A stretch of 63,791 nucleotides of DNA, the filler included, from Welwitschia mirabilis (taxonomy: Eukaryota), in the NCBI GenBank assembly GCA_051453625.1. It is 8 parts of one record of this genome, joined end to end, with 100 filler letters (N's around TTAATTAATTAA, not from the genome) between each part and the next. Parts side by side here need not be neighbours in the genome. Positions count along the whole stretch, not along the records: positions 17,265 to 34,797 come from JBOZIK010000001.1; positions 34,898 to 50,966 come from JBOZIK010000001.1; 6 more parts are not named here. One strand, given 5' to 3'. The position numbers and the translations under genes are program-made. The notes under the pieces were generated by a model. That model did no database searches, had not been told where the DNA came from, and worked only from the letters and a program-made list of their open reading frames with translations. Every line of letters begins with the position of its first letter. Position 1 is the stretch's first letter. Below are positions 24,231 through 38,142 of this stretch, one piece after another.

Positions 24231-24960
24231 TGATTGCTCAAATGAATAATTTACTTGTATCCAAGGCCTAATAGTATACCAATCAAGTTATTTAATAATT
24301 TAAAACCATAACCTTCTAAATAAAAGATGTGTATTCTACCAATTAGATAACTATTGCATTCATGATAAGTTAGGATATACTTTGATTTAAAAACCCTTAT
24401 AGCATCTTAGATCTTATCTAAGGATAAGTCCATTTACATTTTATGAAAGAACATCTTATCACGTAGATTTCTATTGAACTAGATTACCTAATTATTACTA
24501 AGAGGATACCTTATCACTAAGCAACTCTCAAGGGAATGAACCAATGACATCTTAAGAAAAATATTATATTGGTATTTAACATAATATCCTCCTCCTTTCT
24601 ACTTTAATTTTCTTAGAGAGCAAAATCTAGAAAACCTAAAACTTAAGTGAGTGAGCACATACTTTGATGTAAAAACATTAACAATGTTTGAGGCCTTAGT
24701 TAATAGGAAGTTTATGTGAATTACTGTAGGAGAAATATCACAACACATAGATTTCTATTAAACTAAGTTATCAAGCAAATACTTAAGGGGAATTTCTCAT
24801 CCACTAATACTTAAGAGAGGGAAATCCATGTTTATGTGGACTATTATGAGAAATATATTAAATCACATTGACTTTTCTTAAAATATGTTACAAAGTTGTT
24901 TCTAATAGGGTACTTTATTACCCACTCACACTTAAATAATTAAACCTGAGACTTCTAATT
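23800..24960 (+). repeat. Internal ~290-bp sub-repeats (about 3 copies plus partials)
   Basis: Recurring units (cacaac/cataat..ctcctcc..taattttctt..cttaagtgagt..tttatgtgaatta..agatttctatt) starting at ~23810, ~24090 and ~24580. Confidence 0.6.
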
Positions 24961-26689
24961 TTAAAAGATCATACATGATTGAATTACTAGCTAAACTATC
25001 TATGATAAAATATGTGAATTATTGTAAAAATAAAAATGTATTTTGTGATGGAGCCAAAATTAAGAAATAATCTAAAGAAAATTTTATTTAAAAAAAGGAA
25101 AATAAATAAGAGGAACATGATGAAATCAACTTATACAATTCAAAGTATCATGTACCTTAAATGATGTATTTTATTTTAAATTAGTAATAATATCATGATG
25201 CAACCTTAACAAATCAACTTATTATTATTGATAATAAATAATAGAGATATAATGGGTATTTATTCTAAATTGGAATAATATTTTAGAAAGATATAAGTAA
25301 TGAGAAGTAAAAAATGTAAAAGAAATTATCATTTGAAATAGACTTAATACTAGCTATAGAAGTATCTTCAAGTAATGGATAAAATTTATTTGTAATGAAA
25401 TTTCTAATTTAGATTTTTGTAGCAACAGGTAAGAAATGACTTTACATTTTTTATTTTTTATTATTTAAAATGAGAAATTAATTTAAATCTTTTGAAGTTT
25501 TTGAATTTTTTTAAAAAAATTTGATAATAATTAGACATATGATCTGTAACTTATGTTATTAAATAATGGTTTTTTTGTTAAAAGTACTTTCTATTTGCTA
25601 GACATATTCATGCTTAAGCTTTTGTTATTAGATTGCTTTACATATTTAATCATAAGTAAATACTTTACACTAGAAACTAAGAAAATTTTTTAATTTATTA
25701 CTTTGTTAAACATAAAGAACACTCTAGTTATAACATTTCTAGGAGTAATCTTAAAAGGTATAAAAGACGAAGAATGATTCTATGAACAAAAAGAATGGCT
25801 GAAATGATGGAACATTGAGCTAGAACATTCATAGCATGGTATAAATATTTATTGCATGATTAAAGGTAGAGTTCTTACATGCTATAAATTAAAAGTATTA
25901 ATAACATAGCTATGTATCCTTTCTAATGTTAAAAAATTTAATGTACTAATGACATAATCATTAATTTGAGAAAAATATCATGTTTGTTATAATAAGTTAA
26001 ACACTTCATTATGAAATTAATAATAAAGAATTGTTACTTAAGTGAAAGTTAAAACCATTACCTAAGGGTTATAACCTTATAAAAAGGATGTAAAGCATTT
26101 CACATCATTTTACCAACATTAAAAGTGGTTATCAAGTGAAGATGAAGGGTAAGCATGGGATATTTACAAGATAGGTTATGTCCTAAATAAACTGGCCTAG
26201 TTTTCTATGATCCCACATACTAAACCTTAAAGGCAATACTACCTAACTATTCCATCTAACTAGATTGCACATTTTGACAAAGATCTTGAGTTTAGAGAGA
26301 GTATTCATAAATTATTAATTTTGTTCTCTTTTTAATATGCCCATTATTTTTTTTAATTGTATGCACATTTTTATATAATCATTTTATGATATAACACCAT
26401 TATTTTAATCACTTTATTCAAATCTAACTAATAAATTAATTTAAGATATTAGAACATCATAATTGATATAACAACAAAGTGATTTATCATAGATGTTTTA
26501 TATAAAAATGATAAATATGATTTAATAAAAAATACAAAAAATACTTAAAATTAAATCTAAACTATAGTTTTTTTGACATTAGTCTATAAATATTACATCA
26601 AACTTAAAAGGTTTAAATAAGTGCAAAATAGGATAAGAAAATAATCTTGTACTTTTGTTAAGTAAAAGTAAAGTGACAGTGATGTATAA

Positions 26690-28550
26690 CTCAAATAAAA
26701 AATTTATTAAGACTTTAATTGATACTGATTTAGATGAATGTGATATCTATTTATGATCTATTAATTAAGAACTTAATGTTAGAAGATATTACAACTATAT
26801 TTTTAGGTAAATGAAAGATCATAAACTTGGCATAGGATATCATGATTCTATTTCTAGGTTAATAAAAGAATATTAACTTAATATAGAGCATCATGATTCT
26901 AATCCTAAGTTAATGGAAGATCATCAACTTAGTATATAGGACATATAAATCTAATTTTAAGTTAATAAAAGATTATCAACCTAATATAGGATGTCATAGT
27001 TCTAATTCTAAGTTAATGTAAGATCATGTACTTAGTATATAACTTTATGATTATATTATTAACTTAATACTCAGTATAGACCATCATAGTTCTAATTTTA
27101 ACTTAATGAAGTATCATCGACTTGGTTTACTTGTATAGTTTCAATAGGGAATTAAAACTAATTTTGTAATTATAGGGCATCATGGATTTTACTTAGACTT
27201 ATATACATAGTTTATGATATTATGGCTCTAATTTAATGGCTATAGGACATTATGAATCTGACCTAGATTATACACTTTGTATAGGATGCCATGATTTTGA
27301 TTTAATTTCTATAAAGCACTATGGATATGAATTAAACCTTATACACTAAGTATAGAATGTCATGATTTTAACTTAGTGACTATAGGATGTCATAGATCTG
27401 ATTTGAATCTTTTACACTTAATATAAGGCATTATGGTTCTAATTTAACATGTATAAAATTTCATGGATTTTTCTTGAGTCTTATATAGTGCATCATGATT
27501 TTTATATAATGTTTGTAGGATGCCATGAATCTGACCTAGAACTTCTACACTTAGTATATGATATCATGACTTTGATTTAGTGTCTAGAGGATGCTTCAGT
27601 ACTAACTTTAATCTTGTACACTTAGTATAAATGTTATAGTTTCGATTTGGTATTTATAGGAAATCATAAATTTGACTTTGATCCTTTACACTTAATATAC
27701 GATATTATGGTTTTAGTTTTTAATTTTATATTTATAGAATATCATGAATTTAATCTAGACCTCATACAATCTATAAATAACATAATGATTTTGATTTAGT
27801 ATCTCCAAAGCATCATGGATTAAGTTGAATCTTATACACTTAGTGTAGGGTACCATGATTTTAATTTCATGATTAAGTTCATCATGGATCTAACTTAAGC
27901 CTCATATACTTAGAATACAATACAATGATTTTAATATGATGTCTATAGAACAACATGAATATAACTCAATCTTATACACTTAGTGTAGAATATCATGCTT
28001 TTGATTTGGCCACTATAGGACGTCATGGATAAAACTTAGATCTTAGACACTCAGTTTAGAATCTTATGACTTTGATTTAATGTCTATAGATAATTATGGA
28101 TCTAGCTTAAGCATTAAACAATTAATATAGGACACCATGATTTTAATTTAGTATCAATAGGATGTGATGAATTTGATCTAGCTCATACCATAACTCTGTT
28201 TTGGTGTTTAAAGATGTAATGAATTAGTCTTGGATCTTATATATTTAGTATAGGATGTCATTATTTTGATTTAGTGTTTATAGGGCATCCTCGATCTAAA
28301 TGAAATCTTGTACACATGGTATAAGAAATTATGATTCTAATTTAATATTTATTGAAAATCATGGATATAATGTAGGCCTTAGACACTCAGTATAAAGTAT
28401 AATATTTTAGTTTAATGATCATATGATGTTATAGTTCTAACTTAGATCTTTTACACTTTGTATAACATGTTATGGGTATGATTTAGTGACTATAGAATGT
28501 CATGGATTTAATCTCTATCTTGTATACTTAATATGAGATTTCATGGTTTT
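26690..28550 (+). repeat. Structured tandem array in the gypsy 5' leader: ~51-bp units followed by ~19 dimers of ~71 bp (41+30), core TAGGAYRYCATG (ancestral GGACGTCGCG-like)
   Basis: Core starts at 27241, 27280, 27310, 27351, 27381, 27422 (spacing 39/30/41/30/41). Variants taggatgtcatg, taggacattatg, taggacaccatg, with intact taggacgtcatgg at ~28016. Confidence 0.9.
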
Positions 28551-28749
28551 CAATTAAAAGAAATTTAAATTCATAATTAATCTTAACTTAATAAGATAAA
28601 TCAACTTATTTTTCAAATTAATATAACATTATTAACTTTTCTTATTTTTACTAAAAAGATAATTGATAGCACTTTTAATTAATTACAAATTTTAATAGTT
28701 AAGTGACTACATTACTCACTATGAAAAGAGAAGCAGAATGTACACTAAA

Positions 28750-31700
28750 GAACATAAAATCTGTACAACATGCACATTATTGAGTTTTGAAAGATCATAT
28801 AAACAATCATATAATGATTTTGAAAAAAAGGATTAATGAATTTCACCAAGAATTTAGAATTAATTACATGCATATTGAGGGCTTTTAAAATTAAGAAAAT
28901 AAAAACTTGAGTCCATTGTTTAAGTTTTAGAAGGAAATTCATGGAAGAAAACCATGAAATCCCTTAAAAAGAAAGTACATAAATCGATTTAAACATGAAA
29001 TGAAAGGATTTAAAATATTTTATGCTAATTCATACAATTATCTGCTAGTCTTAAAGCACTTGAAGAAATTAATAGATGTGTCGTTAAATGCAAGGATTAA
29101 AGTCATAGCTCACATGAAGAAGCATGAAACCAATCCACTAAAGAAAGGAACTTTCAAAAATACATTAAAAAATACATTAAGAAGCTACTAATTAAAATGT
29201 ATGTAGTAACTATAGATCTTATAAAATGTTCTTAGAGTAAATCTAATATATTAAAAGTTATTTTTAACTAAAGAGTATTAAAAATGATAATCATAATCAT
29301 TGTGTAACAATGTTCTAAACAAAAGATGTAATGACATGATATAGTGGACATAGCTCCATGAGGAATCATTTGGTTAAGTGGACTAAGTTTATAGATAAAT
29401 TCCATAAATCTTCTATTCCTAACTAATTCATCAAAGATGAATGAATGTAGTTTAAATGCTTTTATGTGGGAAGAAAAATCTCAAATGAACATTAATAGGA
29501 GTTCTAAAAATTAGTAGAGTTTCAACATTGAAAAGATCCTAAAGAGTTATCTAACAACTTTATTAGTACTCCTCCATTTAGATTATGAATCCTAGTATAT
29601 TGCCTTAAAACAAAATCACTATAGAAAGAATATAAAAAGATGAAATATTACATCAATATAGGATAGTGAATTATGTTAAATGATCACTTACCCACTAGTA
29701 TTAGTTCTCTATAAAAGCCATAGTAACTTTCATAGCCTTAGCTCTATCAAACTATACAATATACATAGGATTAAACACCTCTAACCTAATATATTTGGAA
29801 GAAAAAGGGACATACAATAAAGAACTATTCAAATAAGAAAAAGTCAAGTCTAACTTTCATAACAAGGATGATAATAAGCAAGAAAATAACATTCAAATAA
29901 GTTTTATTAAAAATGAATTTTCTATTACAGAAATTAAAATATTTCTAGAAAATAAATCTATTTTATTTTTAATTCACTATGATGAAGATGATAATTTTAT
30001 TTCCTTTATATAATCATAAGAAAAAATAATTAAGAACAAGTTCTAATATTTAGGTAGATAAGGAAAACATAATTACATAATTTAAGTATTGTGATAATCT
30101 CATAATAAAAATTACTAATTTAGAATTGAAAGATAAATCTTATATCTTCTATATTAGTATGTATGAGGAAATTTTAGAAATGTCTTCTTCAAGGAAGTTT
30201 GATGTCAAAGCTACCTCCTAAGATAGCTCTATCTTTATCCTCACTTCATATAAAGGCCAAATATTAAATGGAAAAAAAAAAACAAAAAACCATATCCCGT
30301 TGTTGATAAATAAGTAATTAAGAAATAAATTAGAGATATCACAAATGTTTTTTTAGTTATAATAAAAAGGAGATCAAGCTACTAAAAGATATACACACAT
30401 TCTATGAAGTTTTTAAAGATAAGAAAGGTTTAGGGGAAGAATAATTTATCAATTTGCTCCTTGAAATTTAACAGATATCTTACGCTTCTTATAGGTTATC
30501 CTCATATAGTTAAGGGAATTAAAATTGCAAATATAAGAACTAATAAATGAAGAAGAAATTAAACCAAGTACATCATCCTAAGGAACCCAATCTTGTTTAT
30601 AAAGAAAAAGGATGGATCTCTTGGGTTGTGCATAAACTACTATTAATTAAATAAGGTAGTCATTAAGAATAAATATTATTTACCTAGAATTGATAATATT
30701 CTAAATTAGTTTTAGGGAAAAAAATACTTTACAAAAATTTACTTAGTGTTAGGATAGTATCAAATCCAAATTTTCTAAAATAAACTTCTAAACAAGTATG
30801 GAGATTAAAAGTTTATAATTATTCTATTTTATCTTGCAAATGCACCAATAATATTCATGACTTTAATGAATAATATTTTTTTATTATTACTTAGATAAGC
30901 TTATTATTATTTTTATTGATGATAGATTAGTTTATTTAAAAAATAAATATGATTAGATTAAGTAGCTAAAGAAAGTTTTACAATGACTAAAAAAACATGT
31001 TATTATAGCAAAATTGAATAAGTGAAATTTTTATAAAACGTCTTTCCATTAACTTGGACATATTATATCTAGTAAAGTAACTAAAAAAAGTGCTATAAAA
31101 GTTAAAGTACTATAAGATGGTCTATAGCCATGAAGTTCAAATAAAGTAAAAATATTCTTTAAATTAATCAGATTCAATAGGAGATTCATGAAAAATTACT
31201 TCAAAATTATAGTACTAATAATAGATTTGACAAAAGAGAAGGTGCTTTTTAATTTTATAAAATATGCAAAGAATGTTTTCTTTATCTTAAGTCCTTTCTC
31301 ACATGACCCTAGTTTTAAAAATTTTAGAAATGAAAAAGTATTTCACTATGATTACTAATGCATGTGGAAATATAAAATGAGTGTTCTTCATATAAGATTA
31401 AATAAAAATGAATGGAATTACTCAATGCACATCTTATAACCAATAGTAATTATTCATGCCTTAAAAGTTTAAAAACATGATCTTTTAGAACATAAATTTT
31501 ATTTAAAAAATAATTATAAAAGTTTACAATATTTGTAGAAGTAGCTTATCTTAAATATGCAATAAAGACATTGAATGGAATTACCAGTTGATTATGATTT
31601 CAAGATTAAATATACTCTTAGTACAAAAAATAAATTCATAAATTTACTTAACCACATGTAATGCATACTTATTTGTATCATGAATTTTGAGTTGACCAAA

Positions 31701-33100
31701 GAAATCATGGACTAAATAGTAAAGATGAGGTCTTGGGAGTAGTATGGATAAAACTATTATTCATCGTATACCATTACATTATATGAGATGTTAATAACAA
31801 TAGAAAGAGTGTGTATGCCTTCAAATCCCTAGCAAATCAACTTTTAAATAAATCTCATGAAGTTTCATAAGCCAAAGATTCTAGGTTTGAAAAAAAAAAA
31901 CTCATATCAATCCTAGGACATATAATTATTAGTAGGGAATAAAGCTTCAAATAAAGGACTTTATAAAAGGATGTTTAATCTACTAGTATATGAAATTTAA
32001 ACAATAAAAACCTACTATATTCTTAAATTCTTTAGCATTATCCTCTTGCAAGTGGAAAGAAATGACTATAGATTTTCTCATAAGGTTAGCTAAAAGAAAT
32101 AAAAATCATGTTGCAATTTTTGTATAAGTAGAAAAATTAATAAAGATGGTCCATTTCATTTTAAGAAAAATAACTACCATGGCAAAAGAGATTGCAAATC
32201 ATTTTATAAAGACTTCAAATTGCATGGTAAACTAAAGATCATTATTTCTAACAAAGGTAGAAAATTCATCTCAATTTTTTGGAAAGAATTCATTAATAAA
32301 TTTGGCACTTAAGAATTGTTAGTATATATTTTCATCTAGATATAGATGATAGACGAAAACAATCAACTATATTATTAAAGATATTTTAAGAAGTTATGTA
32401 GTAAATAAACTAGAAAATGAAAATAATATTTATACATAGCAAATTCACATACTATTAAGGCTTTTGTACATCTATATGATGTTCTCCATTAAAATCCATG
32501 TATAAAAAAATTTGTTCTAATCTAATTACTTAATCAGGCCCCCTCATTGAAAAAAAGGATAATGTGAAGAAGCATATATGATGAAGGAATTGTAAAGAGT
32601 GTTTAAATATAATTGCAAGAAATTTAACACATATACAAAAAATATTATAACCTCAAATATTTAGACCACATCTTTGAGGTTGAAGATTAAGTATTATAAT
32701 GATTGAAACCTAAAAAACATCTTTAAAGTTGGAAAATATAAAAATTTAGCCCTCTGATTTTGTGGACCATTCTTTGTACATAAAATGATAGGAGATATGT
32801 TCCATATAATTAATATTTCCAAAGGTTGGAACACAATTCATCTATTCTTTTATATCAATCTCTTAAAAACATGCAATACATGGAAGTATGATGAAGACAT
32901 TATTAATTGGAAAAATCTTTCAATAATATTTAGTCTTACATTTTCTATTAATCCTATTAAAATTAAAAATTCAAAAAAACATTACAAATAAGTTAAGGGA
33001 TAAATTTATAAGGAAATATTTCATGGAGTGGTCTTATTACAACCATCATAGTTTATAATTAAGTTTTTATATTTAAATGCATGGAACATATTAGTAATTA
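28750..33100 (+). mobile_element. Decayed Ty3/gypsy chromovirus (Tekay-like) gag-pol
   Basis: [43 protein letters not shown] (~30560-30700, RT); CKWKEMTIDFL (~32045) and LHGKLKIIISNKG (~32220, integrase core); FCGPFFVHKMIGD..IHLFFYINLLK (~32760-32870, GPY/F region). Confidence 0.85.
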
Positions 33101-33134
33101 AAGATCAAAGTTTTTTAAAAAAATGCATAGATTC

Positions 33135-33816
33135 TTTATGTTGTGAAGTTTTAAATACTAATGGAGGAATTTCAAACAAGATTATTTCTTTAAACAACAT
33201 TGATTTCTTCAATAGTTCTGATATTTTTAAATTTGTAGAAACTTGGAAAGATGATGGATTTGAGAATTTTTCTATTCCAAATTTTAGTATTGTCTCTATA
33301 GAGTAGGTAGAATAATTAGATCAGTAAGAGGCATTGCATGTCTTATTCAAAGTTTTCTAAAGCATATTATCAAACTTGAAAAGATGGATCAGTTTAAACA
33401 ATGTATTTGGCTGAAAATTAATCACCATTATGGCTATGTTTATCTTTCTATTTGTTATTTTTCTTTTAGAGAATCATCTATTTATACTAGCATAGGATTA
33501 TCTAAAGAATTTTTCTTTCTAATATTTAGAAGAATATATTGTAGGTCTTTAAATAGAAGGGAAGGTTTTCATTTATAGATATTTCAGCGCTCAAATTAGA
33601 TTACAACAAATAGATCTTATATAATGGCATCATCAAGTCTAAAACTTTTAATATAACTAGAAAAAATTTCTATAATGGACAAAAGGCAATGAATTTTTTG
33701 ATTTGTAATGCCTTAGAAAATTCCCTATATTTGCAAATTTCACATTTACAAGGATCTAAGAAAATTCATGTATTAATTTCCTTTTTTCCCATTCTAAGGA
33801 TGAATAGTTTGTAAAG
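33135..33816 (+). mobile_element. Non-LTR retrotransposon (RTEX/RTE-like) AP-endonuclease remnant
   Basis: Ordered EEP motifs: VLNTNGG..DIFKFVETW (33238-33246), RGIACLI..D..CIWLKI..VYLSICYF, KVFIYRYFSAQIR (33571-33600, GDFNARIG-like after mostly G>A decay), FLICNA..FTF. Confidence 0.7.
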
Positions 33817-34297
33817 NNNNNNNNNNNNNNNNNNNNNNNNNNNNNNNNNNNNNNNNNNNNNNNNNNNNNNNNNNNNNNNNNNNNNNNNNNNNNNNNNNNN
33901 NNNNNNNNNNNNNNNNNNNNNNNNNNNNNNNNNNNNNNNNNNNNNNNNNNNNNNNNNNNNNNNNNNNNNNNNNNNNNNNNNNNNNNNNNNNNNNNNNNNN
34001 NNNNNNNNNNNNNNNNNNNNNNNNNNNNNNNNNNNNNNNNNNNNNNNNNNNNNNNNNNNNNNNNNNNNNNNNNNNNNNNNNNNNNNNNNNNNNNNNNNNN
34101 NNNNNNNNNNNNNNNNNNNNNNNNNNNNNNNNNNNNNNNNNNNNNNNNNNNNNNNNNNNNNNNNNNNNNNNNNNNNNNNNNNNNNNNNNNNNNNNNNNNN
34201 NNNNNNNNNNNNNNNNNNNNNNNNNNNNNNNNNNNNNNNNNNNNNNNNNNNNNNNNNNNNNNNNNNNNNNNNNNNNNNNNNNNNNNNNNNNNNNNNN

Positions 34298-34797
34298 TAC
34301 TTTAAATTTACATAAGAATAAAAAGAAAAAGAATAAAAATCATCAGAGAATAATAAGTTCAAGGCAAAAGAAGAATTTAAATTGGTTGTAAAAAGTCTAT
34401 ACAAATCTCAAAGATAAAATAAAAATTTTGAAGAAATTCTATTAAATGTAGCTATTAAAACTTCTAAAGGAAAAGTTCAATGCACTCAAAATTATTAATT
34501 TGATGATAATTGCATAGATGCAAGAACAAATATTAAAATAGTAGATAGAGATCAAAGGGAATTAGTAACAAAAATATACAAAATCCTAGTTAGAAGTAAA
34601 AAGAAATAGTTTATCATATAAACAAGAATGTTTCATTTGCATGATTACAAAAGATTCTAAGAAATTTTGAAATTCTTTGTAGTGCTAATAATATTTGATT
34701 ATAAATCTCTTTTAAAAAGTTGGATTGATACAAATAATATATTTGATTGAAAATTCATCACCATTATGGCTATGTTTATCTTGCTATTTGTTATTTT
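34298..34797 (+). mobile_element. Second fragment of the same LINE family
   Basis: 34740-34797 is nearly identical to 33407-33462 (tgaaaatt.atcaccattatggctatgtttatctt.ctatttgttatttt). Confidence 0.55.
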
Positions 34798-35689
34798 NNN
34801 NNNNNNNNNNNNNNNNNNNNNNNNNNNNNNNNNNNNNNNNNTTAATTAATTAANNNNNNNNNNNNNNNNNNNNNNNNNNNNNNNNNNNNNNNNNNNNTCC
34901 CAATTGAGATTTTAGAAAATTGTTTTAAGTAAAGTCTATCATGTGATTATTTAATAATTTTAATATTAGATGTTAGTTAGGTAAGCTATCATTATATTGT
35001 TGTCTTAAGATGTAAAATGTTATTAATTGAGAGGTAACTCTATTAGTTATAATTTAGTTAATATATTATAATGGTTAATCATGTAATTTAATTAATTAAA
35101 TATGTTTTAAATTTCTTAAGGTCAACCTAAGGCCATGTTATAACATATATCCTATGGGTTATTTTCTAAATGAAATAGGAATTTTACAGAGTTTTTTTTA
35201 ATTCTAAAAATGTTTAAAATTTTTATTAGGACTTATTTAATGGTAAAAATGTAAGCAAACATATCCTGAATTCAAATAGAAAATTCTCTATTTTATTGAA
35301 GAAAACTTCAAGAAATCCAAAAACTAGCTTTTGGAAAGGTAGAAGATACAAGAGGCCTGTATGAAAACACTAGAATATAATCTAAATTTTTTTAATTATA
35401 ATGAGTATTATCAATATATTTATTATAATAAATTTAGCTCCTAACCTAATAAAATATTTTTATTATGTAAAATATTCATATACATCTAAATGTGAGTACT
35501 TGGTCAAAAAAGTTATATTCTAACTAATGCAACACTGATTCTTTATTTTAGAGGATATGATTTTGAATATCTAAATACCTACTTAGCATACTCTAGGTAA
35601 TGAAAATTACTAAATCATTAGTTTGAGAAATCTTTATGTCTATACTTTTAAAATCAGGTATGGTTAGTAAAAATTTTGAGTTCCATATG

Positions 35690-38140
35690 CATCTCCTCTT
35701 TCCAAAAATAAATGTGTATGCATCATAAATAAATTTAACTAAAAAGAAACTTAAATATAAAGTAATAAAAGATATTATCTCAAAAAAAAGAATGAAAATT
35801 ACTTATATAAAATAAATAATAAAAGATCATGTAAAATTTTAGAATGAGATAATACTATATAAAAAAACAACTAGAGTTTAAAGTAACAAGTTTCACAAAA
35901 CTATGTCACATAATAAAATGTTGAGAAAATGATATCTCATGGTTAAGTTAGATATTTATGTTACAAAAACCTTTTATATGATATAAGGAAACTTATAACA
36001 TATATATGTTATGATAATAATAAATGTAATATATATTGTTATAAGAGTAAACTAAAAGCAACCCATGGTATCCAAGAGTTATGTGAGAAATAAACAACTC
36101 ATATAATATCTATAGAAACTAGAAATTATTAAATCTTGTAACATGCATAAAATATATAATTGAGAACTTATAATTTATAGTAACAAATTAGTAAAAATAT
36201 ACCATTTACTATAAAAGTACCATCAAAGGTTAGGGTTTTCAAAAGAATTAGGAAATTTTACATAAAAATTTGATCTTTAAAATATTAGGAATTTGATTTT
36301 TCTTTGAATCTAATTATAATAAGTATAAAACTATACTATTAATAAAATACAAAACAAATTTAATAAGTGAAAAAATAAGAATATTATATCCTTTAATAAG
36401 TTTTAGTAATAGAAAATGTACTTCTGACTACACATGTTTGTTAATCTTCTTACTAATCTCCAAGTAAATATTCTTATAACAAAATGAATAAACTTGTTCA
36501 ACAATTTTATGATTTGATAATTAAACTTAAAAATCTTTTTCTAAAAATACTTGAAAATTTTACACTTTAGTAAAGAATATGAAGGTTTTTTTCTTATTCA
36601 TTATCATGAATAGAGAATGTATTATGTTCTAAATGAATACAAAAATGTTTGATAGTAATAATTCTTAAAGAGAGCTTTTGAGAAAGGTAAGTAAAAAAAT
36701 TCTAAAATGTTATGTCATTAACATGATAATGGTTTATTTCATCATGCTTTTTTTTCAAGGCTATTTCTATTGTGCAATTCCTTTTTCAAATAAATTTTTA
36801 AAATTATAAATTTTATTAGTGATTATTAAAAATTGAAACACATTAAAGTTAGAACTAAGGCTTTAATAATTAAATGCTTGGTAGATTCTACTTAATAGAG
36901 GTGCAAAGGCTATTCCTTCATGTAGGTTGGATAAAACTTACAGAAAATTAGGAATTATTATGCTTTTTTATCTTTAATTGCATGGAAGATGCTTAACTTA
37001 GATGTAAGAATTTAAACTTTACTATTTTAGTAAAATTTTTAAAAAAGAAAAAACATAATCTTTTCTAAAAATTAGATAAGTCTTTAATATAGATAATAAT
37101 TTGTAGAAAATACAACTAGATATCTTTTTATCTAATAAAATGTTTATTTTTTCCTTTAAGATAAAGATTATGTATGATGTTGTTAACAAAAATAAAAATA
37201 TTTATATGGAGCTAATTAAGACATGGGATCTTCAAGAAACTTCTAGATTATGAAAAAATTAAAAATAATTTAGAACTTCTAACATTTTCCTAGATTTATA
37301 ATTTTTTATAGTTTTTGATTTAATATAATTTTTTCATGGTTTCTATTGATAGGATTTATGATCTAATTTCTTTTAATATAGGGTTATTTTTAATTCATGG
37401 AATTTTATGCTAATTTACAATTAAGAATTATGCATATTTTGGTTGGAGATACTTTTAGGCTTTGTAATGTCCTTTGTTCTTGTTTACACTTATTTTCAAC
37501 TTTTATTCCTACATAACTTATGGAATATTCATTGCATAGTTTTTATTTAAGGTGTTCAGCATAATTTTCCTAATATAAAAAATGGATATGAGATCTTATG
37601 AAATGTGTTCTTTTAAATTTTAGATTTAAGGTAAAAAATTTCATAGAAATAAGAAGCAATTAATACAGTATTTGTAATTATGAATTTGGTATTTTTTTAC
37701 TATGATTTTATTTCCTTTTTATTTCTTTTCTTTTGGTCTTTATGCATTATTACTTTAAAGATCTTTTTCTTATCTATTAACATATTTTTTCTTCTATAGT
37801 TCACTTGTCTATATTAATAATTTTATCCTTGATGAAAATTTTAATTTTAGATCCATCATAACTTCTTATTCCTTCTCCTCTAATTAGCTTTTAAGTGTAA
37901 AATATAGTATCTTATTAAATCATTACCTAAATATTATTAAGAAGGTATTTTATTAACCACAAACATTTAAGACATTTAACCTATGAACCATTTAAAAAAA
38001 TTTGTTTATAGTGCATCACAACATCCTTCCTCTCTCCTTATTATTTAGGAATTCAAAAAACTAATAACATATTTATGCTTAAGTGAGTTGATATAAAGTA
38101 GATGTTAAAAACTTTAGTAATCATACCTATCTTTTAGCAT
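35690..38140 (+). repeat. ~2.5-kb diverged direct repeat, copy 2 (probable long LTR), interrupted at ~38140 by a minus-strand gypsy element
   Basis: Colinear with 21640-24230; similarity ends where a different LTR begins (tgatataag at ~38143). Confidence 0.8.
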
Positions 38141-38142
38141 AA

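Noticed and set aside
26690..28550. CRISPR array or repeat-protein coding region
   Set aside because: The period (71 = 41+30) is not a multiple of 3, stop codons are frequent, and the spacers are homologous copies.
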